Positions 9,533 to 19,358 of a stretch of DNA of 64,000 nt are shown here, one piece after another. The DNA is from Abditibacterium sp. (GTDB lineage: Bacteria; Armatimonadota; Abditibacteriia; Abditibacteriales; Abditibacteriaceae): NCBI GenBank assembly GCA_965199495.1, contig CBDASK010000003.1, positions 64,001-128,000 on the forward strand, read 5' to 3'. The first letter of the stretch is position 1. Every line of letters starts with the position of its first letter. The translations under genes were made by a program, and so were the position numbers. The notes under the pieces are model-generated. The model made no database searches. It was not told the origin of the DNA and saw only the letters and a program-made list of their open reading frames with translations.

Positions 9533-11566
9533 TTATCCGCTCACATGAATCATCGGGCGGCGTTCGGGAATCGGCTCGGCTTCGCGCAACACTTCGTGGG
9601 TGACGGGCGGCACATCGCCCTGACCCAAAAACAGATATTTGATCAGGAACAACAGCGGGTTGCCCTCGCTCCATGAGAAGTAGGCGTGCGGCATTCCGCC
9701 CGTTACATCGCGAATATGCAGTAGCAACGCCGCGATGGCGTTGGGCACTGTTGTCGCGTAGACACACAGAATTTTAAAGCCGAAACGCTCTTCGCCGCGC
9801 ACTACAATTGCTCCGGCGAAATCGGACGCGTCAACGACGGTGACTTCGAGAAAGACAATCGGATCGTCTTTGGGAATGTGGTTGTTTTGGCGTTTTTGCA
9901 GTTCTTTGCGGCGATACTCTTCCTCAGTACGCGCCCCCGGATGGTGCGCGATCATGCGAATATCACCGCGCGCCGAATCGTTGATAATTTCCTGAGCTTT
10001 GTCGTCGAACTTGAACTCTTCGACGCGCAGTTCAGTCGTGCGATAGATGCGCGAAATCAGCGAAACGACGATGATGGCGCCGATGAAAATCGAGGCGATT
10101 TTAATGCCTTCGGGCCGCTCGATGATGTTGTCTGCCGTCGTATAAAAGAAGACGAGCGCGATCAAGGCGAACAGCGCGGTTTTGAGTTGGTTGCCCTTCT
10201 TCTGGACGGCCAACGTCACGGCAAAGGCCGCGCTCGTCATCAAAACCAACACGCCTGTGGCATAGGCGCCGCCCTGCGCATCAACGTCGGCCTGAAATAT
10301 CCACGTCACGATAAAAGCGATGACCGCGAATATCAAAACCAACGGTCTGGTCGCCCGCGCCCAATTGGGCGCCATGCCATAGCGCGGCAGATAACGCGGC
10401 ACGACGTTGAGCAGTCCGGCCATCGCGGAGGCGCCCGCGAACCACAAAATGCAGACGGTCGAAATGTCGTAAACCGTGCCGAAACCTTCGCCCAGATATT
10501 GATGCGCCATATAAGCCAGCGCGCGCCCGTTGGCTTTGCCCGCCGGAGTTGGCGGCACGGCATCCTGCGCCAAAATTTCGGGTTGCGTGTCGGTGGCTGC
10601 CTGATAAGCGATGGCCGGGCGCCCCGGATCGGCGGCGGCAAATTGCTCGGCGGGAATCAAAAGCGTCGTCACCAAACTGCTCAAAATCAGGTAAACGCTC
10701 ATAATTACCGCGACAGTCGTCAGCAGTTTGTGCGTATTTTTAATGCGCCCGACCGGATTGGATTTGGTATCGGTTGCATCGCCTTTGACGAGGGGCATCA
10801 CCACGACGCCGGTCTCGAAACCCGACATGCCCAGCGCGAGTTTGGGGAACAACAGCAGCGAAACCCCCAGAACTGACAAGATATTGGGATGGGGCGCCGC
10901 AAAAATCGCGCTTTTCCACGCGGGCCAGTGCTGCGGCTCGACCGCGATGTGATACAAACCCACACCGATGACCGTCGCGTTGAGCACCAGAAACACGCTG
11001 ACCAAAACGACGGCGATGCCGATGGCCTCTTTGAAACCTTTGAGAAAAACGCCCGCCAAAATCGCGACCAAAGCCAGCGTGATGCCCACGCTATGTTCGC
11101 GCGCCAGATGCGCGGTAATGGGGTTTTCGACGATGTGCGCCGCCGCGTCCGCCGCCGATAAAGTGATAGTGATGATGAAATCGGTCGCCACGAAGCCCAG
11201 CAAAACCAAAACGAACAGTTTGCCGTTCCACTGCGGCAACAGCCTTTCGAGCATCGCGATGGAGCCTTCGCCGTGCGGACTTTTCTCGGCGACTTTTTTA
11301 TACATCGGCAGCGCGCCGAATAAAGTGAGCAAAACCAGAATCAACGTGGCAAACGGCGACAAAGCGCCCGCCGCGAGGGCGGCGATGCCGGGCTGATAGC
11401 CCAAAGTCGAGAAGTAATCCACGCCCGTCAGACAGCCGACCTGCCACCACGGGTGAGTGTGGTCGTGGGCCTGCTCTTCGGAGATGCCGGGGCCTTCGTG
11501 AATGCCGTCGCGGTTGTGATCAGACGAGGAATCTTGTTCGAGGAGCCAGTGAGAAAGTGCGGACAT
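9533..11566 (-). CDS. APC-superfamily permease, paralog 2
   Basis: Same motifs, collinear with 7364-9421 over the full length. Confidence 0.8.
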   Translation of the reverse strand: MSALSHWLLEQDSSSDHNRDGIHEGPGISEEQAHDHTHPWWQVGCLTGVDYFSTLGYQPGIAALAAGALSPFATLILVLLTLFGALPMYKKVAEKSPHGEGSIAMLERLLPQWNGKLFVLVLLGFVATDFIITITLSAADAAAHIVENPITAHLAREHSVGITLALVAILAGVFLKGFKEAIGIAVVLVSVFLVLNATVIGVGLYHIAVEPQHWPAWKSAIFAAPHPNILSVLGVSLLLFPKLALGMSGFETGVVVMPLVKGDATDTKSNPVGRIKNTHKLLTTVAVIMSVYLILSSLVTTLLIPAEQFAAADPGRPAIAYQAATDTQPEILAQDAVPPTPAGKANGRALAYMAHQYLGEGFGTVYDISTVCILWFAGASAMAGLLNVVPRYLPRYGMAPNWARATRPLVLIFAVIAFIVTWIFQADVDAQGGAYATGVLVLMTSAAFAVTLAVQKKGNQLKTALFALIALVFFYTTADNIIERPEGIKIASIFIGAIIVVSLISRIYRTTELRVEEFKFDDKAQEIINDSARGDIRMIAHHPGARTEEEYRRKELQKRQNNHIPKDDPIVFLEVTVVDASDFAGAIVVRGEERFGFKILCVYATTVPNAIAALLLHIRDVTGGMPHAYFSWSEGNPLLFLIKYLFLGQGDVPPVTHEVLREAEPIPERRPMIHVSG

Positions 11567-11822
11567 TTTATTTAACTCACCGAGTTAAGAACTTTCCCAT
11601 TGTGCGCGCAATGTAATTTTTTTAATTGAGTGTTGTTTATGAAAATAAGGAACGATGACGCAAATTTTTTGACGCCATTTGTCCGCAAAATTAAGGGGTT
11701 TCAAAGGCAAGAGCGCAAGATTTGCGCGTAGCCCCTCAACCGCGTGAGTTCAGCGATAGTATTCAGAAACGATTTGTTTCGATAAAAATAGAAGACAATG
11801 TTTGAAACCTCACGAAAATGGG

Positions 11823-11847
11823 TATAATCAAGATAGCGCTATCTTGA
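11823..11847 (+). promoter_or_regulatory. -10 box (TATAAT) abutting a perfect 20-bp palindrome, probable LacI-family operator
   Basis: TATAAT at 11823-11828. TCAAGATAGCGCTATCTTGA at 11828-11847 has a central CG typical of LacI operators and lies just upstream of the LacI gene. Confidence 0.75.
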
Positions 11848-11890
11848 GTTGGAGTCATTCTGGACGCAGAGTAACGATTTCCGATTTCTT

Positions 11891-12988
11891 ATGAGTTTCT
11901 CCACACCTTCTGCCTCTCCTTCGGCAACGCGTCGTTCTTTGGGCGCGGTGACGCTCGGCGATGTGGCGCGCGCGGTGGGAGTGGCGCCGATGACGGTTTC
12001 ACGCGTACTCAATGGGCGCGGCAACGTGGCGCCCGAAACTCAAGTGGCGGTGCGGCAAGCGGTCGAAAAGTTGGGTTACGAGCCGAATCGCAGCGCGCAA
12101 CATTTGGCGGGCGGGCGCGACCAGCGCACCATCGCGATTTTGTTGGGCGGGCTGGATTTTGACGTGACGCTGCACAAAGTCGCTGACATTCAACGCCAGC
12201 TTTCGGCGCGCGGTTATAATGTGCCGTTGCATACCTTGGGCGCCTTGGTTCCCTCGCAAAAGAACGAACAAACGGCATTGGCGCGCGAGATTCGGCGTCA
12301 GAAACCGCGCGCGCTGATTTGTAAGTTCGGCGCGCTCGCGGCGGACGCGCAGGAGGAAGTGCGGCGCTATCACCGCGAAGGCGGTCTGGTGATTTCGTTC
12401 AACGAACCGGCAGATTTAGAGTGCGATCAAGTGCTGTTCGACCGCGAAGATAATACCTATCAGGCTGCGCGTTATCTGTTGGAGTTGGGGCATCGCGATC
12501 TGGGTTTCTGGGCTTCCGATATTTCGGTTTGGACGACGGAACCGCGCATTCAAGGATTTCGGCGGGCGTTGCGCGAGTTCGGCGCCCCTGCACGTCCGCA
12601 GTGGCAGTTCAGTGGCGGCAGCCACCTCGCCAACGAACGGAGCGGCGCCGAGCTGGCCGCGCAAATTCTGGCGCTGCCGAAACGTCCGACGGGACTGTGC
12701 ATCGTCAACGATTCGGCGGCGGTGATTTGCGTGGGCGAACTGATGCGCGCCGGTCTGCGCGTGCCCGACGACATCAGCGTGATTTCGCACGACGATTTGC
12801 CCATCGCCCACTATGGCGCCGTGCCGCTCACGGCGGTCTCACATCCCATCGAAGCCACAGCCCGCGCCATTGTCGAACTGTTGTGCCAGCGCATCGAAGA
12901 CGGTTTCGACGGCCCACCGCGCCAGCTCAATCTGCGCGGCGAACTGCGCGTGCGCCAAAGCACCGCGCCGCCGCCAACGCGGGATTAA
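11891..12988 (+). CDS. LacI-family transcriptional regulator
   Basis: [25 protein letters not shown]...[12 protein letters not shown]; sugar-binding domain ending [14 protein letters not shown]...LRVRQST. Confidence 0.92.
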   Translation: MSFSTPSASPSATRRSLGAVTLGDVARAVGVAPMTVSRVLNGRGNVAPETQVAVRQAVEKLGYEPNRSAQHLAGGRDQRTIAILLGGLDFDVTLHKVADIQRQLSARGYNVPLHTLGALVPSQKNEQTALAREIRRQKPRALICKFGALAADAQEEVRRYHREGGLVISFNEPADLECDQVLFDREDNTYQAARYLLELGHRDLGFWASDISVWTTEPRIQGFRRALREFGAPARPQWQFSGGSHLANERSGAELAAQILALPKRPTGLCIVNDSAAVICVGELMRAGLRVPDDISVISHDDLPIAHYGAVPLTAVSHPIEATARAIVELLCQRIEDGFDGPPRQLNLRGELRVRQSTAPPPTRD

Positions 12989-13043
12989 AACCAAATTTTT
13001 CCATCTCGACCAAACGCCGAATTTTCGGCCTTCCAAAATTTCC

Positions 13044-13859
13044 ATGATTCACTCCAATTCCTCTCTTTCCTCAGCAACTCAAAAATCGCGTTCGGCGTTT
13101 ACTTTGATAGAATTGCTCGTCGTTATCGCGATTATCGCCATCCTCGCCGCGATCCTGTTTCCCGTCTTCGCGAGGGCGCGCGAAAACGCGCGCCGCTCGT
13201 CTTGCACATCCAATCTCAAGCAGATCGGTTTGGGCGTTTTACAGTATGTGCAGGATTACGACGAGAGTTATCCCTTGGCCGTCACTGGCAGCACTTCGGC
13301 AACTTCACAGCCACCCGTTGGTTGGGCCGATTCGATTCAGCCCTACCTGAAAAGCACGCAGATTTACCAGTGCCCCAGCGACTCGACCGGGCCAACGACT
13401 AATCCCATAACGGTTCAAACTTCCCCAACGCCAGTGGACGCCAGCTATACCGATTACTGGTATAACGCCAATATGAGTAGCGCCGGTGAGGCGACCGGCC
13501 CTTACAATGTGGCGGTCAACATCTCTGCGTTGGCTAATGCTCCACTTACCATTATGGCTGGCGATGGCGAATCGAGAAACGGCACGGCATCTTATCGCTG
13601 CAACGGGGCTGGCTCGGTTGATGGCACGCAATACAGCGATGTATCGAAGCCAGTTAATAGCACAGCTCAGGGTTTCGTATCCACAACTGCCGTGGTGAAT
13701 CGGCACTTGGATGGCACGGTCTTTTTGCTGGCTGACGGGCACGTCAAATGGACTAAAACTAATGGAACCGCTCCCAGAGGTGTGGTTTATCGCGCGCCCA
13801 CCCCATTTGATGGCACCAACGGTTCCGGCGGCGCGCCCACATTTCGCGTTCGCGGGTAA
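13044..13859 (+). CDS. DUF1559-family prepilin-type N-terminal cleavage/methylation protein with H-X9-DG motif
   Basis: [70 protein letters not shown]. Confidence 0.9.
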   Translation: MIHSNSSLSSATQKSRSAFTLIELLVVIAIIAILAAILFPVFARARENARRSSCTSNLKQIGLGVLQYVQDYDESYPLAVTGSTSATSQPPVGWADSIQPYLKSTQIYQCPSDSTGPTTNPITVQTSPTPVDASYTDYWYNANMSSAGEATGPYNVAVNISALANAPLTIMAGDGESRNGTASYRCNGAGSVDGTQYSDVSKPVNSTAQGFVSTTAVVNRHLDGTVFLLADGHVKWTKTNGTAPRGVVYRAPTPFDGTNGSGGAPTFRVRG

Positions 13860-13889
13860 ATCGCCCATCGCCGTTTGTCCGTTTGTTCA

Positions 13890-13927
13890 GCCTCAAAGCG
13901 GCCCCGTCGCTTTGAGGCGTTATTTTT
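13890..13927 (+). terminator. Intergenic stem-loop between the DUF1559 and GH115 genes (terminator or attenuator)
   Basis: gcctcaaagcg/cgctttgaggc stem followed by a T-rich tract. Confidence 0.55.
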
Positions 13928-13930
13928 CCC

Positions 13931-16015
13931 ATGAAGATAAAAATCAATTTTTCTTTCGCGCCGTTGGTGATATTGCTCGCCGGTTGCGCGCAATCAATGC
14001 AATCGGCGCAGGCCGCGCCATTGACGCTGGCACCCGGCGTTTCGATTTACGTCGGCGCCGCGCAGCCCGAACCGATTCAGCGCGCCGCGCGCGATTTGGC
14101 GCGCGATTGCCGCACCGTTTTGGGCGCCGATTCGCCGATCGTTACGACGCGCCCGGCGCAAAACGGCCAGCCGTTTATCGAAATTATCGGGCCAAACGAT
14201 GCGGCCACGCGCGCCGACGCCCGCCCCGAAATCGCCGGGCACGAGGCGCACGGCGTCTTCGCTCAGGGCAGCCACGTCGCCTTACAGGGCGCCGATATGC
14301 GCGGCACTATTTACGCGATTTACACGTTTTCCGAGAAATTTTTGGGCGTCAAACCTTTGTGGTTTTGGGCCTCCCAGCCGCCGTTGCCACAGAAATCTAT
14401 CGCGATTCCCGACGACACCGATATTCGTTTCGGCCCGCCTTATGTGCATTGGCGCGCGTGGTTTCCCAACGATACCGATCTATTTTCGCCGTGGAAGAAT
14501 CGCTCGCAAAGCAATTACGACGCGCTTTACGAGACGATGCTGCGGCTCAAACTCAACTGTCTGGAAGGTAGCGTCGCCGACGACAGCAGTTTCGAGGCGC
14601 CTTATCTTTTGGGCCGCGAAGTCGAGACGGCGCGCGCACGCGGCATCGCGTTTGTGGGCCATCACATTCATCCATTGGGCGCCGATTACAATCAATGGGA
14701 CGAATTCTGGCGCAAAATCGAGCATCGCGAGCCGCCCAAATTGTCGGTCAAAAACGTCGCCGAACTCGAAACCTTCTGGCGCTGGAACGCGCAACTCGCC
14801 CAGAGCAACAAGTTAGAAGAAATCTGGCTCATCGGTTTTCGCGGCAACGGCGACCATCCGTTTTGGCAGGATTTCGCCGATGCGCCCGACGATGACAAAG
14901 CGCGCGCCGACATCATTACCGATATGATGCGCCGTCAAGTCGCCATCGTCAAAGAAGTGACGGGCAATCCAGCGCCCGTGATGCGCACCACGCTTTACAA
15001 CGAACTGTCGGATTTCTACGCGCAGGGACTTTTGCGTCCCCTGCCCGAACCCAATTTGATCTGGACGTTCGTGGCCGCTCGCCGCGACCATTACCCGGCG
15101 CCCGACGCGCAAAACGCCAACGTGCCGCCGGGCCAGCCGGTCGGCTACTATTTTAATTTCCAGTTCAACTCGACCGGCGCGCACATCGCACAGGCCGAGG
15201 GGCCGTGGAAAATGGAGCGCAATTTTCGTTTCATCAACGGCATCGCGCCGCGCCCGTTGGAGTTTTCGGTCGTGAACATGGGCAACATCCGCGAATTCGT
15301 CGGCGAAGGCAGCGCCAACGCCGCGATGATGTGGAATTTCGCCGATTTCAACAGTGACAAATGGCTCAATCAGTTTTGCGCGCAGTATTTCGGCGCCCAA
15401 CACGCCGACGCCGTGGCTGCTTTGTATCGCGACTTCTACAATTCGTATTGGCAACAGCGCCCGACCGAAATGGCCGGTTTCGAGCGCCAGTTTATCTTTC
15501 AGGATTTGCGCCTGAGCCGCGCGATGCGCCAGTTGGTTGACGAACTGAAAAAGCCGCAACCAATGGCGCCCGCCGATTTTTTCAAAGATAACGGCACGTC
15601 GGCCAACGCGCGCTACTACAACATCGATCCGCCTGCCGGACAGACGCGCCTCGACGCTTTCATCGCGGGCACCGACGCTTCGGCGCGCAAACTCACGGCG
15701 ATTGTCGCGCGTGGCGAAACCCTGATGGCGCAACTACCCGCCGCCGACCGCACGTTTTTCAACGATGATTTGCTCACACGCGCGCGCTTTTTGGTGGCGG
15801 CCAACCAGACCGCGCATAATCTGGCATTGGCCACGCGCGATGGCAACGACAAAGCCGACAGAGCCGCGCATTTGAGCGCGGCCCGCGCCGCCGCCGCGCA
15901 AATGCAGAGTGCGCTGGCGCCCGCGCAACACGGCCCGTTCGAGACATGGTATCAGCCCGACCGTATCTTCGGAATCAACGAGCGCGTCAATGATATTAAT
16001 GCGCTGAAGCCGTAA
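13931..16015 (+). CDS. Secreted glycoside hydrolase, GH115-like
   Basis: Signal peptide; GADMRGTIYAIYTFSEKFLGVKPLWFW; YETMLRLKLN; GFRGNGD; VNMGNIRE. Confidence 0.72.
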   Translation: MKIKINFSFAPLVILLAGCAQSMQSAQAAPLTLAPGVSIYVGAAQPEPIQRAARDLARDCRTVLGADSPIVTTRPAQNGQPFIEIIGPNDAATRADARPEIAGHEAHGVFAQGSHVALQGADMRGTIYAIYTFSEKFLGVKPLWFWASQPPLPQKSIAIPDDTDIRFGPPYVHWRAWFPNDTDLFSPWKNRSQSNYDALYETMLRLKLNCLEGSVADDSSFEAPYLLGREVETARARGIAFVGHHIHPLGADYNQWDEFWRKIEHREPPKLSVKNVAELETFWRWNAQLAQSNKLEEIWLIGFRGNGDHPFWQDFADAPDDDKARADIITDMMRRQVAIVKEVTGNPAPVMRTTLYNELSDFYAQGLLRPLPEPNLIWTFVAARRDHYPAPDAQNANVPPGQPVGYYFNFQFNSTGAHIAQAEGPWKMERNFRFINGIAPRPLEFSVVNMGNIREFVGEGSANAAMMWNFADFNSDKWLNQFCAQYFGAQHADAVAALYRDFYNSYWQQRPTEMAGFERQFIFQDLRLSRAMRQLVDELKKPQPMAPADFFKDNGTSANARYYNIDPPAGQTRLDAFIAGTDASARKLTAIVARGETLMAQLPAADRTFFNDDLLTRARFLVAANQTAHNLALATRDGNDKADRAAHLSAARAAAAQMQSALAPAQHGPFETWYQPDRIFGINERVNDINALKP

Positions 16016-16043
16016 GGCGTGAGGCACTCTGCGGGGCTGACGC

Positions 16044-16252
16044 CCAGGGCAAACGCACTATAAAACTTACAAGCAAGTTCTTTGTCATTCTGAGCGTAGT
16101 GAGGGACGAACGAAGTCGAAGAATCCACAGGTCGCGCATCAACTTAGCTTAAATCTCGTCCAGAGTTATGGATTCTTCGACTTCGTTCGTCCCTCACTAC
16201 GCTCAGAATGACAAAGAACTTGCTTGTAAGTTTTATAGTGCGTTTGCCCTGG
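16044..16252. repeat. Perfect inverted repeat with 84-bp arms (16044-16127 / 16169-16252); GTCATTCTGAGC...CGAAGAATCC REP-type core
   Basis: Exact reverse-complement arms between convergent genes; the loop is homologous to that of the element at 53471-53618. Confidence 0.95.
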
Positions 16253-16253
16253 A

Positions 16254-16322
16254 GCTGACGCCCTCTCTTCCAATCGGTGGAGTGCCTCGAAATCATGCCG
16301 ATTGGGAGAGGGCGTCAGCCCC
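16254..16322. repeat. Second hairpin gctgacgccctctc...gagagggcgtcagc
   Basis: Imperfect stem of about 22 bp immediately right of the 84-bp palindrome. Confidence 0.75.
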
Positions 16323-16383
16323 GGAAAACGTTTCAGCTACTACAAAGTTGAACTGTCGGATGAGATGTTAAGGCGCAAAATTC

Positions 16384-19173
16384 TCAAACATCGCTCCATG
16401 CGCCCAACGCAATCAATCGCGACTCGCCACTTTGCGCGGGCGGCGCGTCGTGGCAGGTCACAAAAATAATCTGCAAACTGGCGCCCGCCTCGGCCAAAAC
16501 TTCGCCCAATCCGACGCGGCGCGAACTGTCGCTTTGCGTGAACGGATCGTCCAAAATCACCGGCAAGCGGCCCGACGGCAGATTGCCCGCGATGCGCTGC
16601 GCCAAAATTAAGCGCAATGCAAAAGCGACTTGCTCTTTCATGCCTTCGGAGTGTTCGGCAAACGGCAAATCAATCGTCGAATTATCGGTCGTTGTGCGCA
16701 CGCTTTCGATGCGCGTGCCGCTACCGTCGAACTGCAATTGCGTGGTTTTGCCGCGTAGCCGTGACAGCCACGGCGACAATTTTAAATTAATCGGCCCCGC
16801 CAAATCGTGACTCAAACGCGCGCGCTCGGCTTCGATGGCGGCATATAACAACGCCAATCCGCGCAGGCGCGCTTCGTGAGCGGCGACTTCGGGCGCCCAT
16901 TGTTGAATCTGCGCTTCGAGTTCGGCCAATTTGGTTTCGGGGTCTTGCTCGCACGCGTGACGCAAATCGGCGCGCAGATTCACCAGCGCCTTTTCGATAT
17001 CGCCGCGTTCTCCGGCCAATTCGAGCGCCTGACGCCGCGCTTCTTCGACGCGCCACTGCGAAACGCCGTCGCCCAGTTGTTGGCGCGCCGCCTCGCACTT
17101 TTGGCGTTCGCGCTCGGCGCTCAAAAACGCCGCGCTCAATTCGCCTAAACGTGCTTCGTCATTTTTATCTTCGTCTTCAGCGCGCAAACCTTCGATTTGC
17201 GTGGCGCGTTGTTCCATCGCCGCGCGCAATATATCGGGCCGGTGGCGAATCGCGTCCAGTTCATTTTGCGCGAGTCGCACCTCGTTATCGGCGCCCGCGA
17301 TTTCGTTGCGCGCGCGTTGCGCGAGGGTGCCCGCCGCGCGCTCGGCGCGATGCGCCTCTTCCATGTTCGCCTTGACTTCGCCGCGTTTTAATCCGCGAAA
17401 CGCGATCAAGCCCTCGAACGGTTTGGCGATTTCTTTGAGTTGCGCGAATTCGGCGCGCTCATTCTCGGCGCGTTCGAGCGCTTTTTTCAACACGCCCGAC
17501 CGTTCTTCCTCGCGCCGCAAAGCAGCCACGGCGTCCTCGCGCGCACGGTGCGCCTCGTCATAGGCGCGCCGTTTGGTTTCCCAAACCTCAATCGCATCGG
17601 GCAATTCATGGGTTTCGGTTTTCCACGGGCGCAGCAATTTCTCTAAATTCAACCGCGCGTTTTCTAACTCGACTTTCACTTCTTCCACGCCGCGCGCGCC
17701 AGTCACAAACTTAAAAACTGCGACGCGCGCGATGTCCAGAACGCCGCGCCCAATCGCCAGCAGATTTTGTTTTTCTCCCGCTTGTAAATCCAAATTTTCA
17801 ATCGCGCCGCTATCGGCCTTCCAACGCGCACTATGGTTTTCGTGCGGCGCGATTTCGATTTGCAAGCCTTGCACAGCCTCGCTTTCCAAGCGTTTCAATT
17901 CGTCGAACGCGCCGCGCCATTCGCGCAGCTCGTCCAAGGACGGCGCCTTTTCGAGCGTGCGAAACGCGGCTTCGGTTTCCTGCACGCGCGCGCCCAAACG
18001 TTCCAATTCCTGCAACGCGGCCTCGCCCGCTCTGATGCGCGCCTGCGACTCGAACACGTCGAAAACCGCGCGCCACGCTTGCGCAACTTCCTGCGACATT
18101 TGCCAATCGCTCTCGGCCTGCTGCGCGCTCGCGCGTGCCGCGTCGCCGTGGCTGCTTGCGGCGGCCAGACTTTCTTCCAAAACGCGCACCTTTGATGCGC
18201 CCTGCTCCAATTCGCGCTGCGCCGCCGCCTGTTCACGCTCTAAACGCGCGATTTCCCCGGCGCGCTTTTGCAGATTTTTCTGCGCCAAACCCGCGTCGCG
18301 CGAGGCGATTTGCGCGTCTTTCAAAGCCGCGTCGGCGCGCGATTGCTGCGTCATCAAATCGCCCAATTCGCCGATGCGTTTCTGCGCGCGGGCTTCGCGC
18401 GGCGCGATGATTTCCCAATCCCCTTTCAACTTTTCGATGTCGTCGCGAATCGCCTCGATTTCTCCGGCCAGAGCTTCGTAGTGCGTCTTCTCGGATTGTG
18501 CGCGTTTCAGTTCATCGCGCGCGCGCGCCGCGTCGGTATTGGCGCGCGCGCCGTCAATCGCGCGCGGAGCCAAATCCAACGTCAACTCGCGACGGCGCAT
18601 TTTCTCAATCTCTTCGCGCACGCCGTCCAAACGCCGCGTCAAAGCCAGTTCGCCGTCGCTCCCGACGCCCAGCGTTGAGCGAATCGCGGTTCCACCGTCG
18701 GTCAAAAAATCCACGCCTTCGCCCTGATGCGCGACCAAAAGCGCGCCTTCGGCCAACCCGCGTTCGTCGCCCATGCCGTCGGCGGCGAGCATCATTTTCA
18801 GGCGCGTTTGCGCTTCGCCGCGCTCCAAAACCGTATCGGAATATTGCGGGCGTTTGAGCGTCAAAACGCAACTGCGTTTGGTGGCATCTTCGCTCAAAGT
18901 TTTGGAGAGAATCGCGCGACAATCGGGAAATTCCAACTCGATCTCGACGTGCGGAACCGCAGCCACGTCGTCGGCGGGCACGATGGAGCGAATGGTCTCG
19001 GCCTTGACGCGCGCGCCAGAAACATCGCGGTAGAGCGCCCAATCGAGCGCCTCGACCAAAGACGATTTGCCCGCTTCGTTGCGGCCCTGAATGATGTTGA
19101 GTTGCGGGCCGAACTCGATTTCCAAAAGCCGGTGCGCGCGCCAGTTTTCCAATCTCACTCGATGTAATATCAC
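16384..19173 (-). CDS. SbcC/Rad50-like (YhaN-type) coiled-coil ABC ATPase
   Basis: Walker A GRNEAGKSS; long coiled coil; signature HSEGMKEQ; Walker B/D-loop VILDDPFTQSD; H-switch VTCH. Probable GTG start at 19173; the longer ORF start lies within a palindrome. Confidence 0.85.
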   Translation of the reverse strand: MILHRVRLENWRAHRLLEIEFGPQLNIIQGRNEAGKSSLVEALDWALYRDVSGARVKAETIRSIVPADDVAAVPHVEIELEFPDCRAILSKTLSEDATKRSCVLTLKRPQYSDTVLERGEAQTRLKMMLAADGMGDERGLAEGALLVAHQGEGVDFLTDGGTAIRSTLGVGSDGELALTRRLDGVREEIEKMRRRELTLDLAPRAIDGARANTDAARARDELKRAQSEKTHYEALAGEIEAIRDDIEKLKGDWEIIAPREARAQKRIGELGDLMTQQSRADAALKDAQIASRDAGLAQKNLQKRAGEIARLEREQAAAQRELEQGASKVRVLEESLAAASSHGDAARASAQQAESDWQMSQEVAQAWRAVFDVFESQARIRAGEAALQELERLGARVQETEAAFRTLEKAPSLDELREWRGAFDELKRLESEAVQGLQIEIAPHENHSARWKADSGAIENLDLQAGEKQNLLAIGRGVLDIARVAVFKFVTGARGVEEVKVELENARLNLEKLLRPWKTETHELPDAIEVWETKRRAYDEAHRAREDAVAALRREEERSGVLKKALERAENERAEFAQLKEIAKPFEGLIAFRGLKRGEVKANMEEAHRAERAAGTLAQRARNEIAGADNEVRLAQNELDAIRHRPDILRAAMEQRATQIEGLRAEDEDKNDEARLGELSAAFLSAERERQKCEAARQQLGDGVSQWRVEEARRQALELAGERGDIEKALVNLRADLRHACEQDPETKLAELEAQIQQWAPEVAAHEARLRGLALLYAAIEAERARLSHDLAGPINLKLSPWLSRLRGKTTQLQFDGSGTRIESVRTTTDNSTIDLPFAEHSEGMKEQVAFALRLILAQRIAGNLPSGRLPVILDDPFTQSDSSRRVGLGEVLAEAGASLQIIFVTCHDAPPAQSGESRLIALGAWSDV

Positions 19174-19199
19174 TGCTTCTAAGGATACAAACGTTCTTG

Positions 19200-19353
19200 G
19201 CCACGGTTCTGTCAATCGCATTTTCTTTCGTAGAGACACCGACTTGTCGTGTCTAAAACGTCTGAGGTGCCTTTTTGTTGAAGCAAGTTCTATATTTTAG
19301 ACACGACAAGTCGGTGTCTCTACGAAAGAAAATGCGATTGACAGAACCGTGGC
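19200..19353. repeat. Perfect inverted repeat with 59-bp arms; GTAG-type REP core gtagagacaccga
   Basis: 19200-19258 / 19295-19353, between the SbcD-like and SbcC-like genes. Confidence 0.93.
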
Positions 19354-19358
19354 TTTTT

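Noticed and set aside
11567..11800. c-di-AMP (ydaO) riboswitch or KdpE-type site upstream of the APC permeases
   Set aside because: I could not match the riboswitch consensus by eye, and the TGACGC-N8-TGACGC repeat is too weak to call. An Rfam cmscan would settle it.
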